Positions 57,896-64,000 of a stretch of DNA of 64,000 nucleotides are shown here, piece by piece (the first letter of the stretch is position 1; each line of letters begins with the position of its first letter). Both the position numbers and the translations under genes were made by a program. The notes beneath the pieces were generated by a model. It searched no databases. It worked only from the letters and a program-made list of their open reading frames with translations, and was not told the DNA's origin. The stretch is from an uncultured Bacteroidota bacterium. Its GTDB lineage: Bacteria; Bacteroidota; Bacteroidia; Flavobacteriales; Flavobacteriaceae. The stretch lies in assembly GCA_902598525.1 (NCBI GenBank), contig CACKBZ010000005.1:25502-89501 (forward strand), given 5' to 3'.

Positions 57896-57903
57896 TAATT
57901 TTG
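57896..57903 (+). promoter_or_regulatory. Candidate -7 box (TAATTTTG) for tRNA-Leu
   Basis: Matches TAnnTTTG. It ends 9 nt before the mature tRNA 5' end. Confidence 0.45.
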
Positions 57904-57912
57904 AGGCCCTTA

Positions 57913-57994
57913 GCTTCGGTGGCGAAACTGGTAGACGCGCTGGATTCAAAATCCAGTTCCTCTTGGAGTGTGGGTTCGATTCCCACCCGAAGTA
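57913..57994 (+). tRNA. tRNA-Leu (anticodon CAA)
   Basis: Hand-folded. Acceptor GCTTCGG/CCGAAGT (G1-U72 wobble), D arm GCG-AAACTGGTAGA-CGC, anticodon stem CTGGA/TCCAG with loop TTCAAAA. There is a long variable arm TTCCTCTTGGAGT and a T arm GTGGG-TTCGATT-CCCAC. No CCA is encoded. Confidence 0.88.
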
Positions 57995-58003
57995 CAAAAT
58001 ATT

Positions 58004-59449
58004 ATGTCCTCAAATAAAAAAAAGCTTAATCTAGACATTGTTTGGTTCAAGAGAGATCTTAGAACATTAGACAATATATCTCTTGAAATTGCTGCGAATT
58101 CCTCTAATCCAGTCCTATTCATTTACTTATTTGAGCCAACTGTAATGAACTATCCTGATTATGACTCACGACATTTAAGATTTATATATGAGTCCTTATT
58201 AGACATAGAGAAAAAGTTTAAGAGTTACTCACTAAAACTTAATCTCTTAAAATGTGAAGCTCAGGAGTTTTTTGAAGAAATTTCAAAAAAGTATAATGTT
58301 AATCAAGTACTATCTTATCAGGAAATAGGGAATAATTTGACCTTTGAAAGAGATATGTATCTGCTTGATTTTTTTAAAAAAAATAATATTAAATGGATAC
58401 AGCATAAAACTAATGGCGTTATAAGGGGGCTTAAATCAAGAAAAGATTGGAAAAAAAAATGGGTTGACGAAATGAATTCAAAAATTTCACTTTCAGACCT
58501 AAATTTAATTGATAAGACTGAAGTTGACATTCCAAAAAAAATTAAGTCTTATAGTTTAAATATAATTAATGATAAAAACTTCCAACCCGGCGGAGAAACG
58601 TATGCGTGGATGTATATAAACTCTTTTTTAAAAGAAAGACATAAAGGTTATACAAAAAATATTAGCAGCCCAATTAATAGCAGAACCTCATGTAGTAGAC
58701 TTTCACCTTATATAACATACGGAAATGTTTCTTCTAAACAAGTATATCAGTTCTTTTCTAAATCTAAAAACAGGGATATAAGAAGCTTTTTATCACGACT
58801 TCAGTGGAGATGTCATTTTATGCAGAAATTTGATGATGAACCAAGTATGGAATTTGATAACATTAATACTGCATATAATTCAATAAGAAATGAATATAAT
58901 AAAGATCTTATATTTAAATGGAAAGAAGGTAAAACAGGAATACCGATTATTGATGCTTGTATGAGATGTTTGGATAAAACGGGTTACTTAAATTTTAGAA
59001 TGAGAGCTATGATTGTGTCATTTGCTGCATTTAATTTATGGCAAAATTGGAAAAATTTTAGTCACTTTTTAGCTAGAAAATTTCTTGATTATGAACCTGG
59101 CATCCATTATTCTCAAATACAAATGCAATCAGCAGTAACAGGGATTAATACAGTAAGAATTTATAATCCAATAAAAAATTCAGTACTTCTTGATCCAGAT
59201 GGTCAGTTTATAAAAAAATGGGTATCAGAACTTAAATTTATTCCTAAAGAATATATTCATGAGCCATGGAAAATGACAAAAATTGAACAAGAGATGTATA
59301 ATTTTTCAATCAATGAAAACTACTTTTCTCCAATAATTGATATTGAAAAATCAAGAAAAAGTGCCTCAGAAAAAATATGGGAAATCAGGAAAGGATTAAA
59401 AAGTAAAATATATGCAAATAAGATTATTAAGAAACATGTAAATAGTTAG
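58004..59449 (+). CDS. Cryptochrome/photolyase family FAD-binding protein (subfamily not assigned)
   Basis: Photolyase N-terminal motif IVWFKRDLRTLDN, then SRLSPYITYGNVS, LQWRCHFMQKF and GYLNFRMRAMIVSFA. The ATG at 58004 is used because the track start at 57968 lies inside the tRNA. Confidence 0.85.
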   Translation: MSSNKKKLNLDIVWFKRDLRTLDNISLEIAANSSNPVLFIYLFEPTVMNYPDYDSRHLRFIYESLLDIEKKFKSYSLKLNLLKCEAQEFFEEISKKYNVNQVLSYQEIGNNLTFERDMYLLDFFKKNNIKWIQHKTNGVIRGLKSRKDWKKKWVDEMNSKISLSDLNLIDKTEVDIPKKIKSYSLNIINDKNFQPGGETYAWMYINSFLKERHKGYTKNISSPINSRTSCSRLSPYITYGNVSSKQVYQFFSKSKNRDIRSFLSRLQWRCHFMQKFDDEPSMEFDNINTAYNSIRNEYNKDLIFKWKEGKTGIPIIDACMRCLDKTGYLNFRMRAMIVSFAAFNLWQNWKNFSHFLARKFLDYEPGIHYSQIQMQSAVTGINTVRIYNPIKNSVLLDPDGQFIKKWVSELKFIPKEYIHEPWKMTKIEQEMYNFSINENYFSPIIDIEKSRKSASEKIWEIRKGLKSKIYANKIIKKHVNS

Positions 59450-59462
59450 TGTTTTATCTTTT

Positions 59463-60101
59463 TTACATTGTCAAATCCAATTTATTATAATTATTAATTG
59501 ATTTAATACAGCCAGCATTATTTAAAATATCACTCGAATTACTAGATGTAACTCCAATTACATTAATATTAGCATTTATTGCGGCATCGACCCCTTCAAT
59601 TGAGTCCTCAAAAATTATACAGTTATCTTTCTTTAGCTTAAGTCTTTCAACAGTTTTATTAAACATTTCAGGATTGGGTTTTCCAAACTTAACCTCATCA
59701 CCACATATAATACTGTCAAATAAATTATAAACACCTAATTCATTAAGCGTAAGATTCACATTTTTTCTAATAGCATTACTAGCAAGTCCCACTAAAATGT
59801 TTTTTGATTTTAGGTTTAAAATGAATTCTAGAAACCCATCAATTGGCTTAATATTTCCTTTGTAAATTTTTCTGAATATAATTTCTTTATCATCACTCAT
59901 TTTTTTTAACTCATTTATTGAATAAATATCCCCATAAACAGCTTTCATTAAATCAAGTGTACCCCCTCCCTTATATTTTTTGAGTTTTTCAGAAAAATCT
60001 TCAACTTTGTTTTCTTCAAAAAATATTCGCCATGATTCATAGTGGAAGGGTAAACTATCAACAATTGTTCCATCCATATCAAATATTACACCTTTAATCA
60101 T
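59463..60101 (-). CDS. HAD-superfamily hydrolase (beta-phosphoglucomutase-like subfamily IA)
   Basis: Motif I VIFDMDGTIVDS, motif II-like LASNA, and motif IV-like FEDSIEGVDAA. Confidence 0.85.
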   Translation of the reverse strand: MIKGVIFDMDGTIVDSLPFHYESWRIFFEENKVEDFSEKLKKYKGGGTLDLMKAVYGDIYSINELKKMSDDKEIIFRKIYKGNIKPIDGFLEFILNLKSKNILVGLASNAIRKNVNLTLNELGVYNLFDSIICGDEVKFGKPNPEMFNKTVERLKLKKDNCIIFEDSIEGVDAAINANINVIGVTSSNSSDILNNAGCIKSINNYNKLDLTM

Positions 60102-60201
60102 ATTAAACCTACATTACATCTATTTAACTAATACTTTAATTTTAAAGTCAAATGAAATAAACATTTTATTTTAACTTTAAATATAAAATATTATAGCTAC
60201 T

Positions 60202-61122
60202 ATGAACTCAAGAAGAAATTTTTTAAAAAAATCTTCATTAATTACCCTTGGAGCTTTTAACTATAACTTTGCTCCAATAATTAAAAATATAAATGGAGTT
60301 GATATATCAGTTATAACATATTCATTCAACCCACGTTCTGAAAATATGAATGTAATAATTCAAAACTGTATTGATTCTGGAACCGACAATATTGAACTAA
60401 TGGGAAACCATATAGAGAGTTCTTTGGGAATGCCAAAGTCTAAGAGACTAATATCAGATTGGAGAGCTAATGTATCTATGAAATTGTTTAGAGACGCAAA
60501 AAAAATTTTTAAAGATCACGATATAAATATTTTTGCTTTTAAATCTAATTGTATCAGTAAAAATAATAGTGACGAAGAAATTGAGTATGCTATGAAAGTA
60601 ACAAAGAATCTTGGTGCCGATTTTCTAACCAATGAGCTTATGAATGATGAAAGTGTTGAAAGGGTTAATTTTTATGCTGAAAAATATAATGTTAATGTTG
60701 GTTATCACACTCATAGTAATAATTTCGGATCAAATGTCAAGGCTACAGATACTGCATGGGATTATGCATTGAATTCTTCAAAAAAAAATTATATAAACTT
60801 AGATATTGGACATTACATTAATGTTGGAGGTTATAATACAAAAGAAGCTTTGCTAGAATTTATAAAAAAAAATAATAAAAGAATTTGTAGTCTTCATTTG
60901 AAAGACAGACAGTTCGGTAAAAGTGCAAATCTATTGGCAAGTGATAATCAGATATGGGGAAATGGAGATACTCCAATCATTGAAGTATTAAAATTAATGA
61001 GAGACAATTCCTATAAATTTTCAGCTACAATAGAGCTTGAATATAGAATTCCAGAAGGATCAAACAGAGTTAAAGAGGTAAAAAAATGTATGGATTATTG
61101 TTTAAAAGCTCTTAACTCTTAA
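60202..61122 (+). CDS. Tat-signal xylose-isomerase-like TIM-barrel protein (sugar phosphate isomerase/epimerase family)
   Basis: Twin-arginine-like N-terminus MNSRRNFLKKSSLITLGAF. Metal-ligand-like positions IELMGNH, GYHTH, DIGHY, HLKD and IELEY are typical of AP_endonuc_2-type barrels. Confidence 0.75.
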   Translation: MNSRRNFLKKSSLITLGAFNYNFAPIIKNINGVDISVITYSFNPRSENMNVIIQNCIDSGTDNIELMGNHIESSLGMPKSKRLISDWRANVSMKLFRDAKKIFKDHDINIFAFKSNCISKNNSDEEIEYAMKVTKNLGADFLTNELMNDESVERVNFYAEKYNVNVGYHTHSNNFGSNVKATDTAWDYALNSSKKNYINLDIGHYINVGGYNTKEALLEFIKKNNKRICSLHLKDRQFGKSANLLASDNQIWGNGDTPIIEVLKLMRDNSYKFSATIELEYRIPEGSNRVKEVKKCMDYCLKALNS

Positions 61123-61125
61123 TTA

Positions 61126-63462
61126 ATGGCCAAATATTTTTTTTATTTGTTTTTAATCCTACATGTAGGTCTTTATTCACAAAATATTGGATCTATAAAT
61201 GGTAAGGTTACAGATAGCGAATCAGGGCTCCCATTAGAAGGTGCAACCGTTATCGTTGAAAATTCGAATTTTTTTACTGTTACAGATGAAAATGGTTACT
61301 TCCAAATTCCAAATTTGCCTACATCAAGTTATAATGTAACAGCTAAATTTATCGGTTTTAAATCACAAACTAAATTTAATGTAATCGTTAAATCAGTAGG
61401 AAACCAGAGTTTGGATTACACATTAAGTCCTATGAATGAATTACTTGATGAAGTTATATTGATGGAATCTCCATTTAAAACATCTATTGAGACACCTTTA
61501 TCTACTCAAACATTTTCTGCTGTTGAAATTGAAACGTATCCTGGAGGTAATAATGATATAACAAGAGTAATTCAAAGTCTACCAGGTATATCTCCATCTG
61601 TTGGAGGTTTTAGAAATGATATAATAATAAGGGGTGGAGGTCCAAACGAAACAGTATATTATCTTGATGGAATTGAGATACCAAATATTAATCATTTTTC
61701 TACTCAGGGTAGCTCAGGTGGTCCAGTTGGATTAGTGAATATCTCTTTTATTAAAGACGTAACTCTATCGACATCTTCTTTTGGAGCAGAATATGATAAT
61801 GCTTTGTCAGGGGTCTTATCATTTACTCAAAAGAACCCAAATACTGAAAGATTTTCAGGTAATTTTCGTTTTGGATCAAGTGAAGCAGGAATAACTTTTG
61901 AAGGACCTCTTAATGAAAAAACTTCATACATATTCTCCTTGAGAAGAAGCTATTTACAATTTATATTTAAGGCCTTTGGATTTTCTTTCCTTCCTGATTA
62001 TTGGGATTATCAAATGAAGATAAGCCACAGAATAGATGACCATAATTTTTTAAATTTTATAGGAATTGGCTCAATTGATAAGTTAACTGTAAATGAACCA
62101 GATGAGTATAGTTTTGAGAATCAATCAACAATCGAACAAATACCAATAATTAATCAAAATACAAGCACGTTTGGTATTTCATGGAAAAGTATATATAAAC
62201 AAAATAATGGATTTTTCAATATTTCATTAAGTAGCAACAGACTTAAAAATGATTTTGAAAGATTCCAAGACAACGTTAATAAAACAGATAAAGTTTATTC
62301 AAATATTTCATCAGAAGAAGAAACAAAATTAAGATTCATAAGTAGTCAAAATTTTATTGATTTTAAATTTTCAGTTGGGGGTAATATTCAATACTCAAAA
62401 TACTTAAATAATACTTTATATCCATTCTTTGAAATAGACTATGAAACTTCTATTGATTTAATTAAATATGGTTTTTTTATAAAGTCCAGTAAAATGTTTT
62501 TTGATGATAAATTAGGAGTTTCGCTTGGAATAAGGGTTGATCAAGATAATTTTACATTAAATAATAATTTTTTTGAAAATTTATCACCTCGTATTGCCTT
62601 ATCATGGTCAATTTCTGAGGATGATAAATGGAAAGTTAATTTAACATCAGGAAGATATTTTAAGATACCAACATATACATCACTTGGATTTAAGAACTTA
62701 AGTAATAATTTTATAAATAATGATTCTGAGTACACAAGAAGTGATCATCTTGTTTTTGGAATAGAGTATAATAATACAGATTCATCTAGATTTTCTTTAG
62801 AAGCATTTAATAAAAAATACTATAATTATCCTGTGTCTGTTAATGATATGGTGTCACTTGCAAATAAGGGAGGTGACTTTGAAGTTTTAGGTAATGAGGA
62901 TGTATCTACCTCAGGTAGAGGAAAGTCATATGGAATTGAGTTTTTATATCAACAAAAGCTAAAAAATAATTTCTATGGGATCTTATCCTATACATTTTTC
63001 TACAGTAAATTTTCTGGATTTGATGAAGTTTTCCTTCCATCAGTGTGGGATAATAGAAATTTAATTTCATTCACTGGTGGTTATAAATTAAAAAAAAATT
63101 GGGAGATTAGTTCAAAACTAAGATTTACAGATAAAACACCCTACGCTCCAATTAACAATAAATTAAGTAGTCAATCTTATCCCGAAATAGTTTTTGATTA
63201 TTCTCAGCTTGGCAACTATTATCTGGATTCATTTCTTAAACTTGATGTAAGAATTGATAAGAGATGGAACTTTAAAACAACATCTATGAATTTTTATATT
63301 GATATTGAGAATCTATTACTTAATGAGATTCCAATTCCACCAGAATATGGTCTTGAGAGAGATAATAATCAGAATGTAATACTTCCCTGGAATTTAATAG
63401 AAGTTGAGAGTGATAATAGGAACTCAATAATACCAAGTATAGGTTTTGTTTTTGATTTTTAG
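61126..63462 (+). CDS. TonB-dependent receptor (carboxypeptidase-regulatory-like N-domain + plug + barrel)
   Basis: Signal peptide, GKVTDSESGLPLEGATVIVEN, plug IIIRGGGPNETVYYLDGIEIPN, and a terminal aromatic ...GFVFDF. Confidence 0.88.
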   Translation: MAKYFFYLFLILHVGLYSQNIGSINGKVTDSESGLPLEGATVIVENSNFFTVTDENGYFQIPNLPTSSYNVTAKFIGFKSQTKFNVIVKSVGNQSLDYTLSPMNELLDEVILMESPFKTSIETPLSTQTFSAVEIETYPGGNNDITRVIQSLPGISPSVGGFRNDIIIRGGGPNETVYYLDGIEIPNINHFSTQGSSGGPVGLVNISFIKDVTLSTSSFGAEYDNALSGVLSFTQKNPNTERFSGNFRFGSSEAGITFEGPLNEKTSYIFSLRRSYLQFIFKAFGFSFLPDYWDYQMKISHRIDDHNFLNFIGIGSIDKLTVNEPDEYSFENQSTIEQIPIINQNTSTFGISWKSIYKQNNGFFNISLSSNRLKNDFERFQDNVNKTDKVYSNISSEEETKLRFISSQNFIDFKFSVGGNIQYSKYLNNTLYPFFEIDYETSIDLIKYGFFIKSSKMFFDDKLGVSLGIRVDQDNFTLNNNFFENLSPRIALSWSISEDDKWKVNLTSGRYFKIPTYTSLGFKNLSNNFINNDSEYTRSDHLVFGIEYNNTDSSRFSLEAFNKKYYNYPVSVNDMVSLANKGGDFEVLGNEDVSTSGRGKSYGIEFLYQQKLKNNFYGILSYTFFYSKFSGFDEVFLPSVWDNRNLISFTGGYKLKKNWEISSKLRFTDKTPYAPINNKLSSQSYPEIVFDYSQLGNYYLDSFLKLDVRIDKRWNFKTTSMNFYIDIENLLLNEIPIPPEYGLERDNNQNVILPWNLIEVESDNRNSIIPSIGFVFDF

Positions 63463-64000
63463 AAGGCATTATGCCCAGTGATTTCATTACCAAGAATTAA
63501 CAGATGAATATCGTGAGTACCCTCATAGGTTATGACAGATTCAAGGTTCATCATATGTCTCATTATACTAAAATCTCCAGTTATACCCATACCTCCTAAA
63601 ATTTGTCTTGCATCACGAGCGATATTCATCGCCATATCAACATTATTTCTTTTTGCAAGAGAAATCTGAGCAGAAGTTGCCCTATCTTCGTTTTTAAGCT
63701 TACCAAGTTTCCATGATAAAAGCTGAGCTTTTGTAATCTCAGTCAACATTTCTGCGAGTTTTTTTTGTTGAAGTTGTTTTGCTGCAATAGGTTTACCAAA
63801 TTGAATTCTTTCTAAAGAGTATTTTAAAGCAGTACTGTAACAATCCATGGCAACACCAATTGCTCCCCAAGAAATACCATACCTAGCTGAGTCTAAACAC
63901 ATTAGTGGGGCTCCTAGTCCAGACTTTCCAGGTAAAATATTCTTCTTTGGAACCCTAACATTATCAAATATTAATTCTCCTGTTGAGGATGCTCTGAGTG
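63459..64000 (-). CDS. Acyl-CoA dehydrogenase (glutaryl-CoA dehydrogenase-like), C-terminal part; continues beyond the window
   Basis: ...CLDSARYGISWGAIGVAMDCY...YEGTHDIHLLILGNEITGHNAF. The frame stays open upstream of the track Met at 63902 (GKSGLGAPL...) to the window edge. Confidence 0.88.
   Translation of the reverse strand, partial: LRASSTGELIFDNVRVPKKNILPGKSGLGAPLMCLDSARYGISWGAIGVAMDCYSTALKYSLERIQFGKPIAAKQLQQKKLAEMLTEITKAQLLSWKLGKLKNEDRATSAQISLAKRNNVDMAMNIARDARQILGGMGITGDFSIMRHMMNLESVITYEGTHDIHLLILGNEITGHNAF

Overview
The window reads as a compact, low-GC (about 30% by eye, not computed) chromosomal core segment of a Flavobacteriia-type Bacteroidota genome, probably a streamlined marine lineage. 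Supporting marks are an alternative complex III next to a haem-copper oxidase, DUF2723, BamA/Skp, a SPOR protein, TonB-dependent receptors with carboxypeptidase-regulatory-like N-termini, and repeated TAnnTTTG boxes just upstream of transcription units. I call about 60 CDS and 2 tRNAs (Gln-UUG, Leu-CAA). Contents, in order:
- a lipoprotein + TonB-dependent receptor pair
- a Cys-less thioredoxin-like gene
- two very large envelope proteins
- nusA-infB
- actABCDEF + cytochrome oxidase subunits II and I
- ruvB-maeB-ruvA-gcvH-tonB
- a second oxidase and assembly cluster (cyoE, two subunit III-family genes, subunit IV, SCO, DUF420)
- a five-gene MacAB/TolC-like efflux operon
- tsaB, then skp-bamA-uppS-nadK
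- pdxJ
- a long minus-strand housekeeping run (prs, L25, pth, ribF, serS, rsmA, mgtE, arsC)
- a photolyase/cryptochrome-family gene
- a Tat-signal TIM-barrel + TonB-dependent receptor pair

I see no rRNA, CRISPR array, transposase, integrase, phage gene or recognisable defence gene, and nothing convinces me that a new multi-gene system is present. The best leads are:
1. A perfect 21-bp direct repeat bracketing the Cys-less thioredoxin-like gene, which looks like an insertion footprint.
2. An uncharacterised membrane-protein / XRE / DUF2141 module.
3. Two non-SusD receptor-associated pairs: the beta-helix-like lipoprotein + receptor, and the Tat TIM barrel + receptor.
4. A terminator-like hairpin in the nusA leader, with rimP absent from its usual position.
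5. A 7 x 15-bp in-frame repeat inside actF.

All family assignments come from motif recognition by eye. No database search was run.
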